A stretch of 64,000 bases of DNA from NCBI GenBank assembly GCA_900617105.1, contig UYFQ01000001.1:620001-684000 (forward strand), read 5' to 3'. Below, piece after piece: positions 48,374 through 58,679 of the stretch; the stretch's first letter is position 1; every line of letters begins with the position of its first letter. Source of the DNA: Hydrurus foetidus. Lineage: Eukaryota. The notes under the pieces were generated by a model, which searched no databases, was not told where the DNA came from, and saw only the letters and a list, made by a program, of their open reading frames with translations. Both the position numbers and the translations under genes were made by a program.

Positions 48374-49618
48374 TTGGTAAAACTCTCAAAACTCGCGGCT
48401 GCGGCTGCACTGTGCGCCATCGGTAGTCTGGCTACGGCGGGCGAAGTCGAGGTGCTGCATTACTGGACATCCGGTGGCGAAGCCAAATCAGTTGCTGAGC
48501 TGAAGAAAATCATGCAGGCCAAGGGCCACACCTGGAAAGACTTTGCCGTGGCCGGTGGTGGCGGCGACAGCGCGATGACGGTGTTGAAAAGCCGTGTGGT
48601 GTCAGGCAATGCGCCCTCTGCTGCGCAAGTCAAAGGCCCTGGTATCCAAGAATGGGCGGGCGAGGGCGTATTGGCCAACATGGATGCCGTTGCCAAGGCT
48701 GAAAAGTGGGATGCCGTGCTGCCTAAAGTCGTCGCTGACGTGATGAAGTACAAAGGTAATTACGTGGCCGCACCGGTCAACGTCCACCGCGTGAACTGGA
48801 TGTGGGGCAGTGCCGAGGCGATGAAAAAAGCCGGTATCGCCACCATGCCTAAAACCTGGGACGAGTTTTTTGTGGCAGCCGACAAGCTCAAAGCTGCTGG
48901 CCTGATCCCCGTGGCGCACGGTGGTCAAAACTGGCAAGACTTCACCACCTTCGAATCGGTGGTGTTGGGTGTCGGTGGCGCTAAGTTTTACCAAGAGGCT
49001 TTTGTCAAGCTCGACCCCAAAGCCCTCAGCAGCGACACGATGAAGAAGTCGTTTGAGACTTTCCGCAAGGTCAAAGGCTACGTTGATCCTGCTGCCCCTG
49101 GCCGCGATTGGAATCTGGCCACTGCCATGTTGATCCAAGGCAAAGCGGGCTTCCAGTTCATGGGTGACTGGGCCAAGGGCGAGTTTTTGGCAGCGGGCAA
49201 AGCCCCTGGCAAAGATTTCATGTGCGCCGCAGCACCCGGCACCAGCAACGCGTACACCTTCAACGTGGATTCGTTCATCTTGTTCAAGCTGAAAGATGCC
49301 AACGCGCAAAAGGCGCAAGGTGATTTGGCGGCCGCCATCATGGGTACAGAGTTCCAAGAGGTGTTCAACCTTAACAAAGGCTCCATCCCCGTGCGTTTGG
49401 GCATGAAGATGGACAAGTTTGACGATTGCGGCAAGCAGTCGGCCAAAGACTTTGTAGACACCGCCAAGAGCGGCGGTTTGGTGCCCAGCGTGGCGCACGG
49501 CATGGCGATTGCACCTTCCATTGAAGGCGCGATCAAAGATGTGGTCAGCCAGTTCTGGAATGACGACAAGATCACCGTGGCGGATGCGATGAAGCAGATC
49601 GCTACAGCGGCCAAGTAA
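48374..49618 (+). CDS. Glucose/mannose-type ABC substrate-binding protein (GtsA-like)
   Basis: VEVLHYWTSGGEA, PVNVHRVNW, MGDWAKGE; AGGAG before a TTG start. Confidence 0.88.
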   Translation: MVKLSKLAAAAALCAIGSLATAGEVEVLHYWTSGGEAKSVAELKKIMQAKGHTWKDFAVAGGGGDSAMTVLKSRVVSGNAPSAAQVKGPGIQEWAGEGVLANMDAVAKAEKWDAVLPKVVADVMKYKGNYVAAPVNVHRVNWMWGSAEAMKKAGIATMPKTWDEFFVAADKLKAAGLIPVAHGGQNWQDFTTFESVVLGVGGAKFYQEAFVKLDPKALSSDTMKKSFETFRKVKGYVDPAAPGRDWNLATAMLIQGKAGFQFMGDWAKGEFLAAGKAPGKDFMCAAAPGTSNAYTFNVDSFILFKLKDANAQKAQGDLAAAIMGTEFQEVFNLNKGSIPVRLGMKMDKFDDCGKQSAKDFVDTAKSGGLVPSVAHGMAIAPSIEGAIKDVVSQFWNDDKITVADAMKQIATAAK

Positions 49619-49675
49619 GCGCCGCTGGGGGAGGTGTCGGGCGACGCCCCTTGGGGCTAACCCGATCTGCAAAAA

Positions 49676-49730
49676 GCTATCAAAATTTATAGCGCTACCT
49701 GCATACCTAGATTGCAGATAGTCGCTAAAA
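49676..49730 (-). repeat. Dispersed ~54-bp element, intergenic in the sugar ABC operon
   Basis: GCTATCAAAATTTATAGC core (one extra base), then CTGCA-N9-TGCAG hairpin at the conserved offset. Confidence 0.7.
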
Positions 49731-49747
49731 CACCCACTTAAACCACC

Positions 49748-50626
49748 ATGTCCCGCTCCTTTGAAGACCTGCTACCCCGCGTGGTGGTCGCCCCGGCCTT
49801 TGTGCTGGGTTTCGCTTTTATCTACGGCCTGATGCTGTGGAATGGCGTGCTCAGCATGACGGCTTCGCGCATGCTGCCCAATTACGAATTCGTCGGCTTT
49901 GCCCAGTACGCCAAGCTCTGGGAAATGGACCGCTGGTGGGTGGCGCTTAAAAACCTCGCCATTTTCGGCTTCGGCTACGTCGGCGGCTCGATGGCTGTTG
50001 GCGTATTTTTGGCCGTGTTGCTCGACCAAAAAATCCGCGCTGAAGGCGCTTTGCGCACCATTTACCTCTACCCGATGGCGCTGTCGTTTGTGGTGACAGG
50101 CACCGCCTGGAAGTGGATTTTGAACCCCAGCATGGGCTTGGAAAAACTCATGCACGACTGGGGCTGGACAAGTTTTCACTTTGACTGGCTCGTCAACACC
50201 GACACCGCCATCTACTGCGTGGTGATTGCCGGCATTTGGCAGAGCGCCGGTTTTGCGATGGCCCTGTTCCTGGCCGGTCTGCGCGGTGTGGACGACAGCA
50301 TCATCAAGGCCGCCCAGGTAGACGGGGCCAGCCTGCCGCGCATTTACTGGCGCATCGTGCTGCCGGTGCTGCGGCCCGTGTTTTTCTCGACGCTGATGGT
50401 GCTGTCGCACTTGGCGATCAAAAGTTTTGACTTGGTGATGGCGCTGACCGCCGGTGGGCCGGGGTATTCCACCGATGTGCCCGCCACCTTCATGTACACC
50501 ATGTCGTTCTCACGCGGGCAAATCGGCCTGGGTGCAGCCAGCGCGATGATGATGCTGGCAACAGTCGCCGCTATCGTCATCCCCTACCTTTACAGCGAAC
50601 TGCGGAGCAAGCCCCATGGCCACTAA
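49748..50626 (+). CDS. Sugar ABC permease (GtsB-like)
   Basis: YPMALSFVVTG, KAAQVDGAS EAA loop. Confidence 0.92.
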   Translation: MSRSFEDLLPRVVVAPAFVLGFAFIYGLMLWNGVLSMTASRMLPNYEFVGFAQYAKLWEMDRWWVALKNLAIFGFGYVGGSMAVGVFLAVLLDQKIRAEGALRTIYLYPMALSFVVTGTAWKWILNPSMGLEKLMHDWGWTSFHFDWLVNTDTAIYCVVIAGIWQSAGFAMALFLAGLRGVDDSIIKAAQVDGASLPRIYWRIVLPVLRPVFFSTLMVLSHLAIKSFDLVMALTAGGPGYSTDVPATFMYTMSFSRGQIGLGAASAMMMLATVAAIVIPYLYSELRSKPHGH

Positions 50627-51473
50627 ATTCACCGCAGGGCGACTGCTGGTTTACCTGACATTGCTGGTCGCAGCCGTGTTCTTTTTGTCACCGATGTACG
50701 TGATGCTGGTCACGTCGTTCAAAAATGCCGAAGAAATCCGCGCAGGCAACTTGCTGGCGCTGCCGGGGGCGCTTGATTTCTCGGCATGGCGCAGCGCGTG
50801 GTCAACCGCCTGCACCGGCGTGGACTGCAATGGCTTGCAGCCCTTCTTTTGGAACTCGGTCACGATGGCCGTGCCCGCCGTCATCATCTCAACCATCTGG
50901 GGCGCGGTGACGGGTTACGTGCTCAGCCTGTGGAAGTTCAAAGGCAGCGATGCGCTGTTTGGCCTGCTGTTGTTTGGTGTGTTCATGCCGTTCCAGGTGG
51001 TGCTGCTGCCAATGAGCCAAGTGCTGGGCTGGCTGGGGCTTTCCAGCAGCATTGGGGGGCTGATTCTGGTGCATTGCTTGGCAGGTTTGGCCGGCACTAC
51101 GCTGTTTTTCCGCAACTACTACGGTGCCATTCCGCACGAGCTGATTAACGCAGCCCGCATGGACGGCGCAGGTTTTTGGCGCATCTTTTGGCGCATCGTG
51201 CTGCCGCTGTCCACGCCGATTTTGATGGTGACGACGATTTGGCAGTTCACCAACATTTGGAACGATTTCTTGTTCGGCGTGGTGTTCTCAGGCACCGATT
51301 CCAAGCCCATCACGGTGGGGCTGAACAACTTGGTGAACACGTCCAGCAGCGTCAAATCGTACAACGTGGACATGGCAGCTGCCATCATCGCTGGCCTGCC
51401 CACCATGGTGGTGTATGTGCTGGCGGGTAAGTTTTTTGTGCGCGGGCTGACAGCCGGTGCGGTCAAAGGTTAA
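50616..51473 (+). CDS. Sugar ABC permease (GtsC-like)
   Basis: NAARMDGAG, QFTNIWNDF, GLTAGAVKG. Confidence 0.92.
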   Translation: MATKFTAGRLLVYLTLLVAAVFFLSPMYVMLVTSFKNAEEIRAGNLLALPGALDFSAWRSAWSTACTGVDCNGLQPFFWNSVTMAVPAVIISTIWGAVTGYVLSLWKFKGSDALFGLLLFGVFMPFQVVLLPMSQVLGWLGLSSSIGGLILVHCLAGLAGTTLFFRNYYGAIPHELINAARMDGAGFWRIFWRIVLPLSTPILMVTTIWQFTNIWNDFLFGVVFSGTDSKPITVGLNNLVNTSSSVKSYNVDMAAAIIAGLPTMVVYVLAGKFFVRGLTAGAVKG

Positions 51474-51486
51474 AAGGGAATTGGTT

Positions 51487-52542
51487 ATGGCATCTGCTCT
51501 GCATATTTCTGGCATCAACAAAAAGTTTGGCAAAGGTGACAAACAGGTTGAAGTCCTCAAGCACATCGAAATTGATGTGAACCCCGGTGAGTTTTTGATC
51601 CTGGTCGGCCCTTCGGGCTGCGGCAAATCCACGCTGCTCAACATCATTGCCGGTCTGGACGAGCCCACCGAGGGCTCCATTCGCATCGCTGGCCGCAACG
51701 TGGTGGGCATGGCCCCCAAAGACCGTGACATTGCGATGGTGTTCCAAAGCTACGCCCTGTACCCCACGATGAGCGTGGCTGACAACATCGGCTTTGCGCT
51801 GGAAATGCGCAATGTGCCCAAGTCAGAGCGCGTCAAACGTATCAACGAAGTGGCCGAGATGCTGCAAATGAGCCACCTGCTAGACCGCCGTCCCAGCCAG
51901 CTCAGCGGCGGCCAGCGCCAGCGCGTGGCGATGGGCCGCGCCCTGGCCCGCCAGCCGCAGTTGTTCTTGTTTGACGAACCGCTCTCCAACCTGGATGCCA
52001 AGCTGCGCGTGGAAATGCGCGCTGAAATCAAACGCCTGCACCAAACCAGCGGCATCACCAGCGTGTACGTCACCCACGATCAGGTCGAAGCGCTGACGCT
52101 GGGTTCGCGCATTGCGGTGATGAAGGGCGGCGTGGTGCAGCAGCTGGGCACGCCCGCGCAGGTGTACAACACACCCGCCAACACTTTTGTCGCCACCTTC
52201 ATGGGTTCACCCACGATGAACTTGGTCAAAGGCGAGCGCGTGTCTCAAGGTTTTGCGGTGGAGGGGGCAGTGCTGCCCTTGACCTGCCCCAGCGCCACGG
52301 CTGATTTGGGCCTGCGCCCTGAGCACATCAGCTTGAACGCCGACGCCACATGGCGCGGCCAAGTCAGCTTGGTGGAGCCGACAGGGGCAGACACCTACAT
52401 CGTGGTCAAAACCCCCGCAGGGGCCGTCACCGCCCGCTGCGCCCCTGATACCGAGGTACAGGTGGGCGACAACGTGGGCTTGCAGATTCTGGCTGACAAA
52501 GTGAACTGGTTTGACCGCAGCACAGGGTCACGTTTGGTGTAG
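51487..52542 (+). CDS. Sugar ABC ATPase (MalK/GtsD-like)
   Basis: GPSGCGKS, VFQSYALYP, LSGGQRQR, FDEPLSNLD. Confidence 0.94.
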   Translation: MASALHISGINKKFGKGDKQVEVLKHIEIDVNPGEFLILVGPSGCGKSTLLNIIAGLDEPTEGSIRIAGRNVVGMAPKDRDIAMVFQSYALYPTMSVADNIGFALEMRNVPKSERVKRINEVAEMLQMSHLLDRRPSQLSGGQRQRVAMGRALARQPQLFLFDEPLSNLDAKLRVEMRAEIKRLHQTSGITSVYVTHDQVEALTLGSRIAVMKGGVVQQLGTPAQVYNTPANTFVATFMGSPTMNLVKGERVSQGFAVEGAVLPLTCPSATADLGLRPEHISLNADATWRGQVSLVEPTGADTYIVVKTPAGAVTARCAPDTEVQVGDNVGLQILADKVNWFDRSTGSRLV

Positions 52543-52711
52543 AAACATACTAAACCTGCCCACAAGTAATGTGCAGGTGAGCGCTTGGGTGGCACCGGCT
52601 CTGGCTGGATTGGCACACCCTCGCTCTTTGCGCGTGGCGCGCTCTGGGCATGCTTGGCCTTATGCGCTTGAATTTCCTATCCGTCGTTCATAGACACCAC
52701 GAATTGTGCAA

Positions 52712-53995
52712 TCAGGGCCGGTACAGGTACTCCAGGGGGAGCATCACGATTTGCGGGAACAGCACCAGCAGAACCAGGACTGCGAGTTGGGATAGCAGGT
52801 ACGGGATAACCGCACGTATCACTGGCTCCATCCGTTCTCCGGCCACGCCGCACACAACGTTCAGCACGGTCCCTACCGGCGGAGTTATCAGGCCGATGGC
52901 ATTGTTCATTGTGAACAGCACACCGAAGTAGACCGGGTCGATGCCAGCCATGCGTACCACTGGCATCAGCACCGGGATCATGATGAGGATGGTGGGAGCG
53001 AAGTCCAGCGCGGTGCCGACCACAAAAATCAACAGCATGATGACGAACATCAATAACTTCGGGTCACCCGCCAGTGGTTGCAGCAAACCCGCCACTTCGG
53101 TAGGGATGTTGGCTGCCGCAATAAGCCACGCCGACACCTGTGCCCCGGCCACCAGAAACATGACCACGGCCGAGGTCTTGGCCGCATTCAGCAACACCTT
53201 GTAGAGCTGGTGGAACGAGAGTTCACGGTACACCACAAATCCTACGAACAAGGCATAGAAAACGGCAACCACGGCCGCCTCCGTGGGGGTGAAGACGCCG
53301 CCTTTGAGGCCGCCAATGATGACTACCGGCAAAAGCAATGCCCAGATACCGGCGTAGGTGGCGCTCAAGCGTTGGCGAACTGGCAGCTTGTCGCCGCGCG
53401 GCATGTCATCGCGTCGGGCTTGTAGGGACCAGGTGATAACCAGGGCCAGAGCCATAAGTATGCCGGGCACAATGCCGGCAATAAAGAGTTTGGTAATGGA
53501 TACATTTCCTACCACCCCCACCATCACAAACCCGATGGAGGGTGGGATGATGGGCGCAATGATGCCGCCCGATGCGATCAGTCCCGAGGCGCGGGGAATG
53601 TCATAACCCGCCTTGCGCATCATGGGGATCAGCAGGGCTGCCACTGCCGCCGTGTCGGCAATCGCCGACCCCGACAGCGAAGCCATGATGACGCAGGCGA
53701 AGATGGCCACATAACCCAGACCGCCCTTAAAGTGCCCCACCCAGGCAGTGGCCACATCGACGATGCGCCGAGAAATCCCCCCTGCGTTCATGAGTTCGCC
53801 GGCAAGCACAAAGAAGGGAATCGCCATCAAGGGAAAGCTGTCCGCACCGGAGAGTAGGTTTTGCGCCAGAATCTGCGCGTCGAATTGGCCCATGTACAGC
53901 ATCATGGCCATTCCACAGGTCATGAGTGCGAAGGCGATAGGCATACCCAAGGCCATGGCGGTCAGCAGGGAGACCAAAAAAACGGTGATGATCAT
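52712..53995 (-). CDS. dctM: TRAP transporter large permease
   Basis: AIPFFVLAGELM, SGSAIAD, IIPPSI, ITPPVG. Confidence 0.93.
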   Translation of the reverse strand: MIITVFLVSLLTAMALGMPIAFALMTCGMAMMLYMGQFDAQILAQNLLSGADSFPLMAIPFFVLAGELMNAGGISRRIVDVATAWVGHFKGGLGYVAIFACVIMASLSGSAIADTAAVAALLIPMMRKAGYDIPRASGLIASGGIIAPIIPPSIGFVMVGVVGNVSITKLFIAGIVPGILMALALVITWSLQARRDDMPRGDKLPVRQRLSATYAGIWALLLPVVIIGGLKGGVFTPTEAAVVAVFYALFVGFVVYRELSFHQLYKVLLNAAKTSAVVMFLVAGAQVSAWLIAAANIPTEVAGLLQPLAGDPKLLMFVIMLLIFVVGTALDFAPTILIMIPVLMPVVRMAGIDPVYFGVLFTMNNAIGLITPPVGTVLNVVCGVAGERMEPVIRAVIPYLLSQLAVLVLLVLFPQIVMLPLEYLYRP

Positions 53996-54003
53996 GGGGG
54001 GCC

Positions 54004-54513
54004 TTATTCAATGGACGGCTCGGCGGCCGCAAAAAAATCAGCGGGCGACACTTTGCCCCGGGCCAGCTGAACCAGGTTGATCGATGAAATCACCGCAATG
54101 GACACCGCGCAGAGGTAGGCAGCCGAATACACCACCGCCATGGGGATGCCCGTCAACATGCCGGTATTGGCCAGGTTGAGCCTGAACTGCTGCATCAATC
54201 CCCACAGGAATACCAGGCAACAGGTCAGCGTCAGGCCTTGAGCCAACACGACCGCTGTGCGCGAGGCACGCCCGGACAGTTTGCGCACCACCATGTCCAT
54301 GCCCAGGTGTCCGTTTTCACGCATGGCGACGATGGCCCCCAGAAAGGTCAGCCAGATGAACAGGAAGCGCGAGAGTTCCTCGGACATGTTGATGCCCGAC
54401 TCAAAGAAATGCCGCAACACCACGTTGGCGAACACCATGATGCTCATGGCTGCCAGACACAGAACCAAAACACACTCCAGAATCTTGAAATACCAATGTG
54501 TCAGTTGTTTCAT
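54004..54513 (-). CDS. dctQ: TRAP transporter small permease
   Basis: NVVLRH, SEELSRFLFIWLTFLGA, HLGMD. Confidence 0.92.
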   Translation of the reverse strand: MKQLTHWYFKILECVLVLCLAAMSIMVFANVVLRHFFESGINMSEELSRFLFIWLTFLGAIVAMRENGHLGMDMVVRKLSGRASRTAVVLAQGLTLTCCLVFLWGLMQQFRLNLANTGMLTGIPMAVVYSAAYLCAVSIAVISSINLVQLARGKVSPADFFAAAEPSIE

Positions 54514-55907
54514 CGTGGATGCTCCTGTGGATGTTCACCCGTGGAGAAAATTTTCCCTGGGTTCATGATGTTGTCGGGGTCCATCGATTGTTTGATGGAA
54601 CGCATGAGATCAACGGAGCTGTGCCCCAGTTCGTCCAACAAGAACCCCTGCTTGTGCAGGCCGATGCCGTGCTCGCCCGTACAAGTGCCGTCCATGCTCA
54701 GCGCACGCGCTACCAGACGGGCATTGATTTGCTCAGCCAGCGCCACCTCATCGGCTTGTTCGCTATCTACCAGCATTTGCACATGGAAATTGCCGTCGCC
54801 TACGTGGCCCACGGTGGTGGCCAGCATGCCGCAGGCCTGCAAATCCTGGGCGGTTGCAACGACGCAGTCCGCCAGGCGCGAGATCGGCACGCACACGTCA
54901 GTGACTACCGCCCGGCTGCCAGGGCGCAGTTGCAATGCGGCAAAGTAAATGTTGTGCCGGGCTTCCCACAGCTTGCTTCTTGCCTCGGGGGTGTCAGCCC
55001 ATTGGAACTGGGCACCACCTGCGTCCTGGGCCAGGCTTTCCACCAGCTCCACCTGCTCGCGCACGCCGGTGTCGCTGCCATGGAACTCGAAGAAGAGGTG
55101 GGGCTGTTCGGGCATGCTGGTTTTACTGTACGCATTGATGGCCTTGATCGCGATACTGTCCGCGAACTCGCAGCGTGCAATCGGCACACCGAGCTGGATG
55201 GTTTGGATCACCACTTCGACTGCGGCGTTGATGTCCGGAAATGCGCACACGGCCGCCATGATGCCGGTAGGCAGCGGGTAGAGTTTGACCGTTGCCTCCA
55301 CGATCACCCCCAGCGTGCCCTCGGACCCGACAAACAAGCGCGTCAGGTCATACCCGGCGGATGATTTCCTGGCACGGCGGGCCGTTTTTACCAGCTCGCC
55401 GTTGGCCATGACCACTGTGAGGTTGACGACGTTTTCGCGCATCGTGCCGTAGCGCACCGCGTTGGTTCCCGAAGCCCGGGTGGCGCACATCCCGCCAATG
55501 GTGGCGTCAGCCCCTGGATCCACCGGGAAGAACAGCCCCGTGTCACGCAGCTCCGCATTGAGCGCCTTGCGCGTGACTCCGGGTTGCACCGTGGCGGTCT
55601 GGTCCTGCGCGTGCACACTCACGATCTGGTTCATCTGCTGAAGGTTGAGGGTCAGGCCACCTTGTATCGCCAGGGTATGCCCCTCCAGTGAGGAGCCCGC
55701 ACCATACGGAACAATGGGCACGCGGTACTGCTTGCACAGGCGTACGATGGCAACGACTTCTTCCACGGTACGTACAAAGGCGACCGCCTCGGGCGGCATG
55801 GTCGGGAAGATCGACTCATCGCGGCCATGGTGGTCGCGTACCGCCTGGCTGGTAGCCAGGCGGTCTCCCAGAAGGTGTACGAGTGCTGCCAGGCAGTCTG
55901 GCGGCAT
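54510..55907 (-). CDS. FAD-linked 2-hydroxyacid oxidoreductase (D-lactate dehydrogenase/GlcD family)
   Basis: GAGSSLEGH, PVDPGADA, GSEGTLG, GHVGDGNFH, GEHGIG, MNPGK. Confidence 0.9.
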   Translation of the reverse strand: MPPDCLAALVHLLGDRLATSQAVRDHHGRDESIFPTMPPEAVAFVRTVEEVVAIVRLCKQYRVPIVPYGAGSSLEGHTLAIQGGLTLNLQQMNQIVSVHAQDQTATVQPGVTRKALNAELRDTGLFFPVDPGADATIGGMCATRASGTNAVRYGTMRENVVNLTVVMANGELVKTARRARKSSAGYDLTRLFVGSEGTLGVIVEATVKLYPLPTGIMAAVCAFPDINAAVEVVIQTIQLGVPIARCEFADSIAIKAINAYSKTSMPEQPHLFFEFHGSDTGVREQVELVESLAQDAGGAQFQWADTPEARSKLWEARHNIYFAALQLRPGSRAVVTDVCVPISRLADCVVATAQDLQACGMLATTVGHVGDGNFHVQMLVDSEQADEVALAEQINARLVARALSMDGTCTGEHGIGLHKQGFLLDELGHSSVDLMRSIKQSMDPDNIMNPGKIFSTGEHPQEHPR

Positions 55908-55914
55908 GGGGGCA

Positions 55915-56934
55915 TTACTTCTTGACACGGGCTTTAGCCACTTCCTTGTAGACCAGCCCCATGAACTCGGGTCCAATTTTTTCCAAGTGAGGGGCAATGG
56001 CGGGTGTCACCCGTTCGCGGATGGTCATTAGATCGGCCCCAGAAAACTGGCTGACCTGCATGCCCTTGTCTTTCATGCCTTGCAGGGCCGTACTTGCTTC
56101 GGCCGCGGTGGACTTGCGCTCGAATGCGGTGGCATTCTTGGCCGCGCTTGTCATCTGCTGCTTTTCCTCGGGCGACAAACTGTCCCAAAACTTTTTCGAC
56201 ACGGCAAAGATCAGCGGAGAGTACACATGGCCTGACAGCGTCATGTACTTCTGCACTTCGTAGAAACGCGAGGTGTACATCAGCACCAACGGGTTTTCCT
56301 GGCCATCAAACGCTTTGGTTTCCAGCGCCACAAACAATTCGGACCAAGCCAACGGTGCGGCGTTGGCACCAATGGCCTTGAAGGCATCCAGTGTCAAGGG
56401 ATTGGGCTGTGTGCGCAGCTTGATTCCCTTCAGCTCGTCCAGATTGGCAATCGGACGGCGCGAGTTGGTGATGTGGCGAAAACCGTTTTCCCACCAGCCC
56501 AGGACATGGATTCCTACGCCTTCGAGTTTGGCATTGAGGTAGTCACCCACCGGGCCGTCAAACACCGCATGGGCTTCAGCCTCTGTCTGGAACAGAAAAG
56601 GAATGTCCTGAAAACCCAGTTCCTTGACCTGCCCCAAGAGTGCCAGTGCACTGCCGGTGTAAAACTCCTGCACGCCGCCCTGTAGTGCCGCCAGCATTTG
56701 AGGGTCTGGGCCCAGGGCTTGGTTACCAATGACCGTAATCTTGATTTTGCCGGCACTGGCCTTTTCCATTTCTGCCGCGAACATTTTCCCGGCTTGCCCG
56801 GCAGGATGGGTGTCTGCCAATCCGTGCCCAAACCGGGCGGTGCGCACTTTGGCTTCCTGGGCGAGTGCGTGGGTGGACGACAACAGGGCCAAGCTACCCA
56901 AAGCAGCGGCAGCAATAAAGCGTTTCAGATGCAC
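55915..56934 (-). CDS. dctP: TRAP transporter substrate-binding protein
   Basis: ENGFRH, LKGIKLR, DGQENP, FYEVQKY. Confidence 0.93.
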   Translation of the reverse strand: MHLKRFIAAAALGSLALLSSTHALAQEAKVRTARFGHGLADTHPAGQAGKMFAAEMEKASAGKIKITVIGNQALGPDPQMLAALQGGVQEFYTGSALALLGQVKELGFQDIPFLFQTEAEAHAVFDGPVGDYLNAKLEGVGIHVLGWWENGFRHITNSRRPIANLDELKGIKLRTQPNPLTLDAFKAIGANAAPLAWSELFVALETKAFDGQENPLVLMYTSRFYEVQKYMTLSGHVYSPLIFAVSKKFWDSLSPEEKQQMTSAAKNATAFERKSTAAEASTALQGMKDKGMQVSQFSGADLMTIRERVTPAIAPHLEKIGPEFMGLVYKEVAKARVKK

Positions 56935-56966
56935 GGTGGTACTCCTCGTAAGTGAAAAAGTGGTGT

Positions 56967-57830
56967 TCAGGCGGATGCCTGAACAGGGTTGCGCAATAGG
57001 CCTATGTGTTCAATCTCGACCTCACACACATCGCCCGGATGCATGTACAGACGGGGGGCGCGTGCATGCCCGATACCGGACGGGGTGCCGGCGATGATCA
57101 AATCACCGGCCTCCAGCGTGATGGCCTCGCTGATGAGAACGATCAGGGTGGCCACATCGAACACCATGTCGCTGGTGTTGGCCGATTGCACGGTCTGGCC
57201 GTTCAGCCGGGTTTCGATCCGAAGCCCGCGAGCGCCAGGGGGCAATTCGTCTGCGGTAACCAGCCAGGGGCCAAAGGCACCGGTGCCATCAAAATTCTTG
57301 CCCATGGTCCACTGCGGTGACTTGAACTGGTATTCGCGCACGCTGGCATCGTTGAAGATCGAGTAGGCCAACACATGCGACAGCGCATCGGCGGCAGCAA
57401 TGGCCTTGCCGCCCGTGCCAATAACCACGGCCAACTCGCCTTCGAAATCCAGCGTGTCAGACAAGTGGGTGTGCAAAATTGGAGCCCCATGGGCGGTAAT
57501 GCTGGAATTGAAGCGAGCAAAGAGGGTGGGGTAGTCGGGTTGCTTAAACCCGCTCTCGGTAGAGTGGTCCCGGTAGTTCAGCCCCACACAAATGATTTTG
57601 CGAGGTGCGCCTATGGGGGGCAGAAGTTGAACGGAGGTCAGGTCCACTACGGGTGATTGCCCCATGGCGCGGGCTGCCATGGCGAGCGCGCCCGGACCTT
57701 GGCGAACCTGTTCATCCAGCGAGCCAGGGTATCGAGGGGCGGTGTGTGTGGCACCATGCCAAGCGCCCGTTGCGGGGTTCAATACCGCCCAGCCTTCCTG
57801 CCCTTGGGCCAGAAAACGTACCAATTTCAT
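56967..57830 (-). CDS. FAH-family hydrolase
   Basis: ICVGLNY, LDFEGEL, NDASVREYQ, GKNFD, GTPSG. Confidence 0.92.
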   Translation of the reverse strand: MKLVRFLAQGQEGWAVLNPATGAWHGATHTAPRYPGSLDEQVRQGPGALAMAARAMGQSPVVDLTSVQLLPPIGAPRKIICVGLNYRDHSTESGFKQPDYPTLFARFNSSITAHGAPILHTHLSDTLDFEGELAVVIGTGGKAIAAADALSHVLAYSIFNDASVREYQFKSPQWTMGKNFDGTGAFGPWLVTADELPPGARGLRIETRLNGQTVQSANTSDMVFDVATLIVLISEAITLEAGDLIIAGTPSGIGHARAPRLYMHPGDVCEVEIEHIGLLRNPVQASA

Positions 57831-57884
57831 GCCAGCGTCCTTTAGTCGTAGTGCTTGGCCTTGTATCAAGCATAAGTGTATATT

Positions 57885-57910
57885 TTTATTAAAAATATAT
57901 TTTTAATAAA
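57885..57910. promoter_or_regulatory. Perfect 26-bp A/T-only palindrome, likely operator of the divergent GntR
   Basis: TTTATTAAAAATA|TATTTTTAATAAA. Confidence 0.65.
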
Positions 57911-57942
57911 TTGGTGTATACCCGAATAAAATTCCGTTGCCT

Positions 57943-58614
57943 ATGGACACCCCGAACAAACTCACCCAAGCGGAGACCGCCTGTAACCTGATCCGTACCG
58001 AGATACTGGATGGTCAGCTGTTGCCCGGGGCCAAGCTCAACATCAAGGCGCTGGAGAGTCGCTTGAATGTCAGTCTGGGGGCCATTCGTGAAGCGCTGTC
58101 GCGCTTGCATGCCGAGGGGCTGGTGATGGCAGAGGCGCAGCGCGGGTACACGGTTGTACCGGTCAGCGCAGTAGACCTGAGGGATCTGACCAAAACCCGG
58201 GCGGACATTGACGCTTTGTGCCTGCTGGAAGCCATGCGGCATGGCGACATCGAATGGGAGGCGCGCATTGTGGGCGCTGCCCACCGCATGGAGCGATTGC
58301 AGGATTTGCCTGCGGCAGTAGAGGGCGGTCGTACCAAGCCTGTCTGGAACCAGGCCCACGGTGAGTTTCATGATGCGCTGGTCAGCGCTTGCCCTAGCGC
58401 CTGGTTGCTGAGGATCCGCAAACTGCTGTACGAACAAAGTGAGCGTTACCGCAGGCTGGCGGTGCCTCTGGAAGGCTCGCACCGGGATGTACGTGGAGAG
58501 CATCGCCGGTTGATGGACGCGGTGTTAGGCCGCGACGAGGCTAGCGCATTGAAGGAGCTCCATGCGCACATCAACGCAACGGCGGAAGTCATATTGAAGT
58601 CTTTGAAGTTCTGA
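57943..58614 (+). CDS. GntR/FadR (FCD) transcriptional regulator
   Basis: LLPGAKL...AIREALSRL...QRGYTV; WNQAHGEFH. Confidence 0.9.
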   Translation: MDTPNKLTQAETACNLIRTEILDGQLLPGAKLNIKALESRLNVSLGAIREALSRLHAEGLVMAEAQRGYTVVPVSAVDLRDLTKTRADIDALCLLEAMRHGDIEWEARIVGAAHRMERLQDLPAAVEGGRTKPVWNQAHGEFHDALVSACPSAWLLRIRKLLYEQSERYRRLAVPLEGSHRDVRGEHRRLMDAVLGRDEASALKELHAHINATAEVILKSLKF

Positions 58615-58679
58615 ATGGCACTCATTGCCGCGCGACATAATGTTGCACAGATCCCCGGCTTTGTTGCACAAATACGTTG

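Noticed and set aside
52545..52700. Possible truncated gene downstream of dctM
   Set aside because: Early stop and no family signature.
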